NCBI GenBank assembly: GCA_964016885.1 | Contig: OZ024743.1 | Location: 246,636,001 to 246,700,000, forward strand | Direction: 5' to 3' | DNA: 64,000 bases | From: Eledone cirrhosa | Lineage: Eukaryota | Translations under genes and position numbers: made by a program | Shown: one piece after another, positions 1-9,604 of the stretch | Position numbering within the stretch: the stretch's first letter is position 1 | Layout of the letters: every line of letters begins with the position of its first letter | Notes under the pieces: generated by a model | Told to the model about the DNA's origin: nothing | The model's input: the letters and a program-made list of their open reading frames with translations, nothing else | Database searches by the model: none

Positions 1-149
1 AGGCAATTTCGGACAGGTTGGTATTAAAATGATTAACCCCATCTTAGAGAAGTTGAGGTAGTTTTTCTCAAGCCAAGGGGCTCATCAGGACAGAGCTTAT
101 CTTGGTTTCATGTGGTGTTGAGCAACGATTGGATGTCAATTGATTGAAA

Positions 150-290
150 GGTCAACTTCAGCTGATTGAACTGAAACAACGTGAAATGAAATGCATTGTT
201 CAAGGATAAAACACGCCACCTAGTCAAGGGATTGAACGCTTGAATTTACAATTGTGAGGCCAACACAAAAAGCAGCACACATTCATGCCA
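150..290 (-). mobile_element. Decayed tRNA-derived SINE fragment
   Basis: Resembles the better copy at 25755-26062 (gcaa.gtgaaat..a.tg..ttg.tcaagga...aac...cc....g...ttgaac). Confidence 0.5.
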
Positions 291-329
291 GCACCTATGA
301 ATAATAAAGAATCTAACCCTTTAAGTTGT

Positions 330-662
330 GGACACAGCATAACCGAATGGCTTAGAATTTTGCTTTGCAATCATTAAATCCATGATTTGATATCACTGCA
401 TGGCTTCGTGGACAAGTGTCATTTGTCACAGCCTCAGGTTGACCCATGTCTTGTAATTGAAATGGGTTTGTCGGAAACTATTTGAAAGTTCGATGGATGG
501 ACTGTAATTATAATTTAAAGGGCTAGCTTTGTCACATACTGTGTAATGCTAACTCTTCCTAAGAATTACCCGAAGGGTACATGTGTCAGTGGAATGCTCA
601 ATCACTTGTATGTTAATTTCATGAGCAGGGTCTCCCATTGATTGAACAACTGGAACACTCAT
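330..662 (+). mobile_element. Decayed tRNA-derived SINE
   Basis: tRNA-like head; the 3' part is the reverse complement of 25770-25920 (gtgtcagtggaatgctca.tcacttg...ttaatttc..gagcagg...ttgattgaacaactggaacactc). Confidence 0.5.
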
Positions 663-745
663 TACCAAAACCAATGTAGGTCCATTTCAACTCTTTAAAT
701 TAAAACTACAAATTACAATAAAAAACAAAAAACAAAACAACTTAC

Positions 746-979
746 CTCTTTATGTTCTTTACTGACTTTCAAGGAGGTAAATGCTTCATCCCCTACCCGA
801 CAAGGCCAGTGCACCTTCCGGGTAAGTTTAGGTATGACCACATTAGCAGGGACCTCTGAGCCAGTTTTGGAAACAGCTTTAGTTGTAGATGTTTTGGTAG
901 TGCTGCTCTGGGTACTAGTTTTATTTGATGGAGCTGAAGATGGTTTACCAGATCTTACACTACTTGATCCTTCATCTCC
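746..979 (-). CDS. Internal coding exon (78 codons, phase 0-0) of an unidentified host gene; Ser/Thr/Lys-rich segment followed by PKLTRKVHWPCRVGDEAFTSLKVSKEHKE
   Basis: On the minus strand a long T-rich tract and ...gtttttcacag|GGAGAT acceptor, 234 nt open (GDEGSSS...KEHKE), then AAAGAG|gtaagt donor; sequence is not repeat-like. Confidence 0.8.
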
Positions 980-1380
980 CTGTGAAAAACAAAACAAAAC
1001 AAAAAACATCAAACACAATAAACAGTTTTATCAATAAAGTTACAGCTCACACCACTTAAAGATCAGTTGGCTTCCTATAAGGTTGCATCTCATATGAGGT
1101 TTCTTGAATGTTTTAATGATAGGGGGCCCCAGTCCTATCATGAAAAGTAATGTAAAATGAAACCTTACTCAAGAACACAATGTGCCGCTCAGTCCAAGAA
1201 TTGAAACCATAACCTTATGATTGTGAGGCCAACACTTTAATCACAAAGTCACATGCCATCACAGAATAACACAAAGTCTACATAGACGTGATGAGAAGTT
1301 AATGACAATTACATGTTATGCCATCCACAAATACTGAGACACCTTAAACAATAGGTTAAAACAATAATATATACATGTAT

Positions 1381-1519
1381 TCATTATTATTAAGGCTAAA
1401 AAGTGAGTCTTGTTACCCTGGAGTTTTGCCTATTTATCACAGGGTCATCAGATGGCCCTGTGATAAACAGGCAAAACTTCAGGGTAACAAAACACACTTT
1501 TTAGCATTAATAAAAATGA
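1381..1519. repeat. Inverted duplication (~69-bp arms) of a decayed hammerhead-bearing Penelope-like terminal repeat
   Basis: 1381-1449 is the reverse complement of 1451-1519 with a few mismatches; the minus strand reads CTGATGA-ccctgtgataaataggc-AAAAC. Confidence 0.7.
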
Positions 1520-1612
1520 CTATTAAAACCATACTTCAGGATTGAGTACTCCTTTCTCTTAGCCGTCAACCACATACGTATGTATGTATATATATATATA
1601 TATATATACATT

Positions 1613-1940
1613 ATAAAAAAGAAGAGAGACGGTTTTATGCATACATCCACTGTTATATAATCCTGTTATGCACATTTCGAAGACATCAGACAAGTATTAA
1701 GGTGTAATATTGTTGTTTTTGATATGTTCGTTTGTAGTTGGACTGCTAATATCATGTTCAATACTATAGCAAGCATATAAAAAACAATAAGAAAAACATA
1801 ACAATATTACACCTTAATACTTGTTTGATAACAACACATCAAATAATTATTTTGCAACAACTTTGATATCTTTAAAATGTGAATAACAGGATTATATAAT
1901 AACCAGAGGATGTATACATAAAACCGTCTCTCTTCTCTTT
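1613..1940. repeat. Inverted duplication containing two decayed hammerhead copies
   Basis: gaagagagacggttttatg..catcc..ttatataatcctgttat (1621-1670) is mirrored at 1880-1935; caagtattaaggtgtaatattgt is mirrored at 1800-1823. Confidence 0.7.
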
Positions 1941-1944
1941 TAAA

Positions 1945-2328
1945 ACAAATGTTTCTACTTTGGGCACAAGGCCAGTAATTATCCCAGTGCATTACTGGTA
2001 CTTTATTTTATCGACCTCATAAGGATGAAAGGCAACGTTAACCTCGGCGGGATTTGAACTCAGACTCTAAAGGCATGTAACTCCATGCTGCAAAGCATGG
2101 CGTCCGACCCTCTACTGATACTGCCAATCCCCTGCCCTTCTTTTTTAAAATAATTGTTTCTATTTTAGGCACAAGGCCAGCAATTACCCTGTACATTACT
2201 GGTACTTTATTTTATCGACCCCGTAAGGATGAAAGGCAAAGTTAACCTCAACCAGATTTGAAAGGGACCTAGCTATGCTGGAAAGCATGTCCGACCCTCT
2301 ACCAATACTGCCAATTGGCCGCCCTTCT
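1945..2328 (-). mobile_element. Two tandem tRNA-derived SINEs with a Nin/Deu-like central domain
   Basis: Each is the reverse complement of ggcagtatc.gtagagggtcggac...gagttcaaatcccgccgaggttaactttgcctttcatccttacggggtcgataaaataaagtaccag; the gcctttcatcctt..g.ggt.gataaa...gtaccag core resembles the Deu/Nin SINE domain. Confidence 0.75.
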
Positions 2329-2530
2329 TTTTTAAAATAATGACACTGCGTATGAGACCTTAAAGTATCCATGCCGTGGAGTACTTATGTCTGGTTACAC
2401 AAAGTCAGTTGATTAATTGATCAACCAACGATTTTTACTTGGAATAATTTTATATATATATATATATGTCCCAAGGCTCTGATACCATCAACACTATAAA
2501 CACGGAGCTGGCATATCTAAGAACTGACTA

Positions 2531-2586
2531 ACTGCCTGATGAGGTCATAGCCATTCAATGGCTATCATCGAAATATATATAGCAGT
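2531..2586 (+). ncRNA. Minimal type-I hammerhead ribozyme motif (Penelope/retrozyme type)
   Basis: actgc-CTGATGA-ggtcatagcca ttcaa tggctatcatc-GAAA-tatata-TA-gcagt: 5-bp stem I, ~10-bp stem II, palindromic stem III (ATATATAT), complete core; AATAAA follows immediately. Confidence 0.75.
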
Positions 2587-2627
2587 AAATAAAGGATTAT
2601 GAGTTCATGCAATTGACTTATGTTTCG

Positions 2628-2655
<28 letters not shown>

Positions 2656-2662
<7 letters not shown>

Positions 2663-5532
2663 CAGTTATTTACCATGCGACCCTCAGTTCCTACCCCCCA
2701 CCCTCTCTATGCACTTCTTTAAGGCTTACTACCCTGTCTTTAACCTAATTCATTCAATCTGAAAATATTGAAGAGATAAGACACTTTACCATTCTTCTCT
2801 GCTAAAATGTACCACTAGAGCTGATTCAAATTTTCCCAGCCAGCCATCCATCTAATCTACGAAGGTATTTTAGCCTACATATTGTCGTTAATATTATGAT
2901 GTTCCCTGCTGTATTAGCGTTAAATTTTCCCTGCTGTATTAGCGATAAATTTTCGAGGGTTTCTCTTAGTAGCTTTTTTCATGACGTTATTATTGTTAAT
3001 TTTACTGATGTAGTATTAACTTATTAACTTGGATGTTTACCATGCGGTATTCTAATCCTATTGTATCTCTCTCAGTTATTTACCATGCGACCCTCAGTTC
3101 CTACCCCCCCCCCCCCCTCTCTATGCACTTCTTTAAGGCTTACTACCCTGTCTTTAACCTAATTCATTCAATCTGAAAATATTGAAGAGATAAGACACTT
3201 TACCATTCTTCTCTGCTAAAATGTACCACTGGAGCTGATTCAAATTTTCCCAGCCAGCCATCCATCTAATCTACGAAGGTATTTTAGCCTACATATTGTC
3301 GTTAATATTATGATGTTCCCTGCTGTATTAGCGTTAAATTTTCCCTGCTGTATTAGCGATAAATTTTCGAGGGTTTCTCTTAGTAGCTTTTTTCATGACG
3401 TTATTATTGTTAATTTTACTGATGTAGTATTAACTTATTAACTTGGATGTTTACCATGCGGTATTCTAATCCTATTGTATCTCTCTCAGTTATTTACCAT
3501 GCGACCCTCAGTTCCTACCCCCCCCCCCTCTCTATGCACTTCTTTAAGGCTTACTACCCTGTCTTTAACCTAATTCATTCAATCTGAAAATATTGAAGAG
3601 ATAAGACACTTTACCATTCTTCTCTGCTAAAATGTACCACTAGAGCTGATTCAAATTTTCCCAGCCAGCCATCCATCTAATCTACGAAGGTATTTTAGCC
3701 TACATATTGTCGTTAATATTATGATGTTCCCTGCTGTATTAGCGTTAAATTTTCCCTGCTGTATTAGCGATAAATTTTCGAGGGTTTCTCTTAGTAGCTT
3801 TTTTCATGACGTTATTATTGTTAATTTTACTGATGTAGTATTAACTTATTAACTTGGATGTTTACCATGCGGTATTCTAATCCTATTGTATCTCTCTCAG
3901 TTATTTACCATGCGACCCTCAGTTCCTACCCCCCCCCCCTCTCTATGCACTTCTTTAAGGCTTACTACCCTGTCTTTAACCTAATTCATTCAATCTGAAA
4001 ATATTGAAGAGATAAGACACTTTACCATTCTTCTCTGCTAAAATGTACCACTAGAGCTGATTCAAATTTTCCCAGCCAGCCATCCATCTAATCTACGAAG
4101 GTATTTTAGCCTACATATTGTCGTTAATATTATGATGTTCCCTGCTGTATTAGCGTTAAATTTTCCCTGCTGTATTAGCGATAAATTTTCGAGGGTTTCT
4201 CTTAGTAGCTTTTTTCATGACATTATTATTGTTAATTTTACTGATGTAGTATTAACTTATTAACTTGGATGTTTACCATGCGGTATTCTAATCCTATTGT
4301 ATCTCTCTCAGTTATTTACCATGCGACCCTCAGTTCCTACCCCCCCCCCCCCCCTCTCTATGCACTTCTTTAAGGCTTACTACCCTGTCTTTAACCTAAT
4401 TCATTCAATCTGAAAATATTGAAGAGATAAGACACTTTACCATTCTTCTCTGCTAAAATGTACCACTAGAGCTGATTCAAATTTTCCCAGCCAGCCATCC
4501 ATCTAATCTACGAAGGTATTTTAGCCTACATATTGTCGTTAATATTATGATGTTCCCTGCTGTATTAGCGTTAAATTTTCCCTGCTGTATTAGCGATAAA
4601 TTTTCGAGGGTTTCTCTTAGTAGCTTTTTTCATGACATTATTATTGTTAATTTTACTGATGTAGTATTAACTTATTAACTTGGATGTTTACCATGCGGTA
4701 TTCTAATCCTATTGTATCTCTCTCAGTTATTTACCATGCGACCCTCAGTTCCTACCCCCCCCCCCTCTCTATGCACTTCTTTAAGGCTTACTACCCTGTC
4801 TTTAACCTAATTCATTCAATCTGAAAATATTGAAGAGATAAGACACTTTACCATTCTTCTCTGCTAAAATGTACCACTAGAGCTGATTCAAATTTTCCCA
4901 GCCAGCCATCCATCTAATCTACGAAGGTATTTTAGCCTACATATTGTCGTTAATATTATGATGTTCCCTGCTGTATTAGCGTTAAATTTTCCCTGCTGTA
5001 TTAGCGATAAATTTTCGAGGGTTTCTCTTAGTAGCTTTTTTCATGACATTATTATTGTTAATTTTACTGATGTAGTATTAACTTATTAACTTGGATGTTT
5101 ACCATGCGGTATTCTAATCCTATTGTATCTCTCTCAGTTATTTACCATGCGACCCTCAGTTCCTACCCCCCCCCCCCCCCCTCTCTATGCACTTCTTTAA
5201 GGCTTACTACCCTGTCTTTAACCTAATTCATTCAATCTGAAAATATTGAAGAGATAAGACACTTTACCATTCTTCTCTGCTAAAATGTACCACTAGAGCT
5301 GATTCAAATTTTCCCAGCCAGCCATCCATCTAATCTACGAAGGTATTTTAGCCTACATATTGTCGTTAATATTATGATGTTCCCTGCTGTATTAGCGTTA
5401 AATTTTCCCTGCTGTATTAGCGATAAATTTTCGAGGGTTTCTCTTAGTAGCTTTTTTCATGACGTTATTATTGTTAATTTTACTGATGTAGTATTAACTT
5501 GGATATTTACCATGCGACCCTCAGTTCCTACC
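2656..5532 (+). repeat. Tandem array of 7 near-identical ~411-bp monomers, putative 5' UTR/promoter array of the adjacent RTE LINE
   Basis: Units begin tcagttatttaccatgcgaccc at 2662, 3072, 3486, 3897, 4308, 4723 and 5134; length differences are in the poly-C run; the last unit runs directly into unique sequence leading to the ORF. Confidence 0.95.
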
Positions 5533-5775
5533 TCACAATTTCCCTCCCCCCCACCCCCACACACCACCATAGTCTATTCGACCAATCAAACCTAGCATGC
5601 CATTTCCACTGCTGCTGCTGCTAATACCTGCCTAACTAACTCTCTCCTCCTCTGGCGCATCCCAACACACCCTGCCATTACCCCACCACCACTGTCCTTC
5701 TAGCCCTCAATTTTCCCACCGTTATGGATGGATGAGCTGGGAATACACGAGCAACTCTGAATCAATAGATGAAAT

Positions 5776-8700
5776 ATGAATCTGCGAGCTACCAAGCACC
5801 TACGTGAAGCGCCAACCCAGAGACCCTCCCCTACGAGTGTCGACAAATGCCCAAAACTCCGAGTTGGTACCATCAATGTAGGCTCAATGAAAGGAAGAGC
5901 AGGAGAAATCGTAGAAATGCTAGAGCGAAAGGAAGTTGATGTATGCTGTGTGCAAGAGACTAGATGGAGAGGAGGGTCTGCTAGAGTCCTTGTAGGAAAA
6001 AGCCAGTGCTACAAATTTTTCTGGGTGGGAAATGACGATGGGATGGGTGGTGTAGGTATACTATTAGCTGACAAGTGGGTAGATAAAGTAATCTCAGTGT
6101 ACAGGGTAAATGCAAGAATCATTAAACTCAGACTAGTCCTGAATAAGACAATTACCACAATAATATCAGCTTACGCACCCCAATCGGGGCTGCCAGACGA
6201 ACTTAAGGATAGGTTTTACGAGTCCCTAATACACACTACTGCTCTAACAGACGACAAGGACTTCCTAATCATTGCAGGAGATTTTAACGGACACGTAGGT
6301 AAACACTGCGACGGCTTCAATAGAGTACATGGAGGCCATGGAGTTGGCACAAGGAATGAGGAAGGATTCAGACTTCTAGAATTCTGCGACGCCAATGACA
6401 TGTCGATATGTAACACAAACTTTAAAAAACCCGACAACCACCTGATCACCTATAGATCAGGGGAGCACTCTAGTCAGTTAGATTTTATCCTCATCAGAGG
6501 ACGTGACAGATGGACGGTCGTAAACACAAAAGCCTTCCCTAGTGAGGAATGTACATCCCAACATAGCTTAGTTGTCAGCGACCTCACGGTCAGAACTAGA
6601 CGAGCCCTGAAACAGAGGCCAACCTGGAGAAGAAAGATCTGGAAGCTGAAAGTCCCCTCAACCAGTAACAGATTTAAAGATATTTTACTCAACGCCTACG
6701 ACAGTAAAGAAGAACAGATAGAGACATTTAACGTAGAAGAGAACTGGGAGTTCCTAAAAAATAACTTACTAGAGGCGACGGATGAGGTTTGTGGCTGGAG
6801 TAAGACCTCAAGCAGGAGGAGAGTGACTTGGTGGTGGAACAATAAGGTAGATGAAGCAGTCAAGGCCAAGAGACAGGCATGGAAAGAATGGAAGAACGGG
6901 GGGAGCAGGGTACATTACATAGAGACCAAGAGGGAAGCTAGGCGACAAGTATACTTAGCTAGGAGGGAAGCAGAGGATAGAAAATTCAAGCATGTTTTAC
7001 AACGTGAGGACCAGAAACAGGAGGTATTCAAGATTGCGAGGCAGTGTGTCAGAGATAGTTGTGATGTCATTGGAGAGAAGTGTATCCGGAATGATAAAGG
7101 TGAGCTTGCCCTCACAAGTGCTGAGAAGAAAGATGCATGGAAGAGTCATTATGATAGATTACTAAATGAGGAGAATGCATGGGATGAAGAGACCCTACCC
7201 CACGTAGACCCTATAGAGGGACCAGCAGTACAAGTCAGCGGCAGCGTAGTAAGTAAGGCAATCAGAGATATGAAGATAGGGAAGGCAACCGGTCCATCGG
7301 GTATAGCTGCCGAGATGCTGAAGGCATCTGGGTCTGTAGGTCACACTATAACCACACGTATCGTTAACCAGGTAATACTAGAGGGGGCCATACCAAAAGA
7401 TTGGTGCAGTAGCATCATTGTCAACTGCTACAAAGGTAAAGGCGATGCACTAGATAGAGGAAACTATAGAGGTATAAAGTTGATGGACCAGGTCATGAAA
7501 GTAACAGAAAGAGTTATAGCACAGCTGATTAGGGACCGGGTGAATATAGACGAGATGCAATTTGGGTTTGTACCAGGGAAAGGCACCACTGATGCGCTCT
7601 TCCTTGTGAGGCAATTACAGGAAAAGTACCTAGCTAAAAGTAAGCCACTCTACTTGGCATTTGTCGACCTTGAGAAAGCCTTTGACAGAGTTCCACGTGC
7701 AGTAATCTGGTGGGCTCTTAGAAAACTAGGAGTAGATGAATGGCTTGTGAAAGCGGTACAAGCCATGTATAGGGGAGCAGTCAGCAAAGTTAGGATTGGC
7801 AATGAGTATAGCGAGGAATTTAGCGTACAGGTTGGGGTCCACCAGGGCTCTGTTCTTAGCCCTCTCCTGTTCATCATAGTCCTGCAGGCAATAACGGAGG
7901 AGTTTAAGACCGGATGCCCATGGGAACTCCTGTATGCTGATGACCTCGCACTCATAGCTGAATCTATGGTAGAACTAGAGAATAAATTCCAAACCTGGAA
8001 GCAGGGACTAGAGAGAAAGGGCCTCAAAGTCAACATGACAAAGACTAAGGTCCTTATAAGTAGACGAGAAAACAGAACCCAGATCCCCTCAGGGAAATGG
8101 CCTTGCTCAGTATGTAGGAAAGGTGTAGGTAGGAACTCCATTCTTTGCCCCAAATGCAAACAATGGGTACACAAGAGATGTAGCGGGATCTCAGGAAGCT
8201 TAATTAAGAATGTAGGATTCACATGCAGCAGCTGTGCTGAAACAGCAAGCAAACAGCCACAGGAAACAAGTACCACCAATCTCTGGGAGGGCCCTGTAGA
8301 AACAGTAGACAGCTTCTGCTACCTAGGTGACCGAATTAGCAACGGAGGTGGGTGCTCAGAAAGTACAATAACTAGGGTAAGAACGGGATGGAAGAAGTTT
8401 AGGGAACTACTACCACTGCTAGCTGCAAAAGGCTTCTCCCTCAGAATGAAAGGCAGACTGTATGATGCGTGTATCCGAACAGCGATGTTGCATGGTAGTG
8501 AGACCTGGGCGCTGAAGGTGGAAGACTTACGTAGATTAGAGAGAAACGAAGCCTGCATGCTCCGATGGATGTGTAACAGTAATATACGTGAACGACAAAG
8601 CATAAATGAATTGAGAGAGAGACTGAGCATAAGAGGAATCAAATGCTGCGTGCAGGAGAGGCGGTTACGCTGGTATGGACATGTGATGCGTATGAAGGAT

Positions 8701-8895
8701 GACAGCTGCATAAAAAGGTGCAGAGCACTAGAAGTTGATGGAAACCGCGGAGTGGGGAGACCCAAGATGACTTGGGATGAGGTGATAAAAGCCGACCTTA
8801 CCCAACTACACCTCTCAAAGTCAATGACACACGACCGTGACTTCTGGCGTCACGCAGTAATACAGGGTACCCGACCTCCCATGGGTACATGCTGA
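5776..8895 (+). CDS. RTE LINE polyprotein: AP-endonuclease + reverse transcriptase with an inserted PHD (C4HC3) finger
   Basis: APE motifs GTINV, VQETRW, SAYAPQ, GDFNGHVG, LDFIL, QHSLV; RT motifs GNYRGIKL, QFGF, FVDLEKAFDRV, GVHQGSVLSPLLF, YADD (7933-7944), FCYLG; RTE-type RLRWYGHV and GRPKMTW; 1039 aa without stops. Confidence 0.97.
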   Translation: MNLRATKHLREAPTQRPSPTSVDKCPKLRVGTINVGSMKGRAGEIVEMLERKEVDVCCVQETRWRGGSARVLVGKSQCYKFFWVGNDDGMGGVGILLADKWVDKVISVYRVNARIIKLRLVLNKTITTIISAYAPQSGLPDELKDRFYESLIHTTALTDDKDFLIIAGDFNGHVGKHCDGFNRVHGGHGVGTRNEEGFRLLEFCDANDMSICNTNFKKPDNHLITYRSGEHSSQLDFILIRGRDRWTVVNTKAFPSEECTSQHSLVVSDLTVRTRRALKQRPTWRRKIWKLKVPSTSNRFKDILLNAYDSKEEQIETFNVEENWEFLKNNLLEATDEVCGWSKTSSRRRVTWWWNNKVDEAVKAKRQAWKEWKNGGSRVHYIETKREARRQVYLARREAEDRKFKHVLQREDQKQEVFKIARQCVRDSCDVIGEKCIRNDKGELALTSAEKKDAWKSHYDRLLNEENAWDEETLPHVDPIEGPAVQVSGSVVSKAIRDMKIGKATGPSGIAAEMLKASGSVGHTITTRIVNQVILEGAIPKDWCSSIIVNCYKGKGDALDRGNYRGIKLMDQVMKVTERVIAQLIRDRVNIDEMQFGFVPGKGTTDALFLVRQLQEKYLAKSKPLYLAFVDLEKAFDRVPRAVIWWALRKLGVDEWLVKAVQAMYRGAVSKVRIGNEYSEEFSVQVGVHQGSVLSPLLFIIVLQAITEEFKTGCPWELLYADDLALIAESMVELENKFQTWKQGLERKGLKVNMTKTKVLISRRENRTQIPSGKWPCSVCRKGVGRNSILCPKCKQWVHKRCSGISGSLIKNVGFTCSSCAETASKQPQETSTTNLWEGPVETVDSFCYLGDRISNGGGCSESTITRVRTGWKKFRELLPLLAAKGFSLRMKGRLYDACIRTAMLHGSETWALKVEDLRRLERNEACMLRWMCNSNIRERQSINELRERLSIRGIKCCVQERRLRWYGHVMRMKDDSCIKRCRALEVDGNRGVGRPKMTWDEVIKADLTQLHLSKSMTHDRDFWRHAVIQGTRPPMGTC

Positions 8896-9199
8896 AGCAT
8901 ATAAACAATATGCCCCCCCCCCCCCCCACCGCAAGGTGGTCGTGGAGGTGCCACGGCAAAAAAGCACCCAGCCCACACTGTAAAGTGGACGTGTAGGCGC
9001 CACGAAAAAGCACCCAGCACTCACTGTAAATGAGGTTGGTGTTAGGAAGGGCATCCAGCTGTAGAAATCAAGCCAGATCAGTTCCTGTATGAGCAAGGCA
9101 TGGTCAGCCGACCAGACACTGCCCACAACAGGACAACCCGTCTAACCCATGCTAGCGTGGAAGAACGGACGTAAAACGGTGATGATGATATATGCAAAC

Positions 9200-9587
9200 T
9201 TCTCAAAGGCGATAACACAGGACCGTGACCTCTCGCGTCACGCAGTAATACAGAAGACCCGACCCCCATGGGTACAAGCTGGAGCTGAAGCATATAGACA
9301 ATACGCCCCCACCCCCTCCCACTGCAAAGTGGTCATGGAGGTGCCACAGCAAAAAAGCACCCAGCCCACACTGTAAAGTGGACGTGTAGGCGCCACGGAA
9401 AAAAAGCTCCCAGCACTCACTATAAATGAGGTTGGTGTTAGGAAGGGCATCCAGCTGTAGAAATCAAGCCAGAATCAGTACTCGTATGAGCAAGACATGG
9501 TCACCTGGCCGGCTACTGCCCACAACAGGACAACCCGTCTAACCCATGCTAGTGTGGAAGAACGGACATAAAATGGTGATGATGATA
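9200..9587 (+). mobile_element. 5'-truncated, diverged copy of the RTE-A 3' end directly behind the intact element
   Basis: Direct repeat of ~8812-9190 with substitutions and its own (GAT)n tail. Confidence 0.9.
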
Positions 9588-9604
9588 TACACACACACAC
9601 ACAC

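Larger units (their letters stand above)
2656..9190 (+). mobile_element. Full-length, apparently intact RTE-clade non-LTR retrotransposon (subfamily A); 5' boundary assumes the array belongs to it
   Basis: Single uninterrupted ORF; 3' UTR with ggtgttaggaagggcatccagctgtagaaa and ccatgctagcgtgg stem-loop; (GAT)n tail; (TA)n at the 5' flank. Confidence 0.85.

Noticed and set aside
60-95. CTGATGAG on the minus strand as a hammerhead
   Set aside because: No correctly placed GAAA, stem III or stem I
746-810. C2H2 zinc finger in the host exon (WPCRVGDEAF...H)
   Set aside because: Second Cys is Gly; only a superficial match
2656-5532. CRISPR-like or DGR-like array next to a reverse transcriptase
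   Set aside because: Units are ~411 bp and identical throughout with no variable spacers; eukaryotic context; the RT is a LINE APE-RT
6216-8765. Antisense ORFs over the RTE (likewise over Tx1 and mariner)
   Set aside because: Shadow frames of TE coding sequence with no domains
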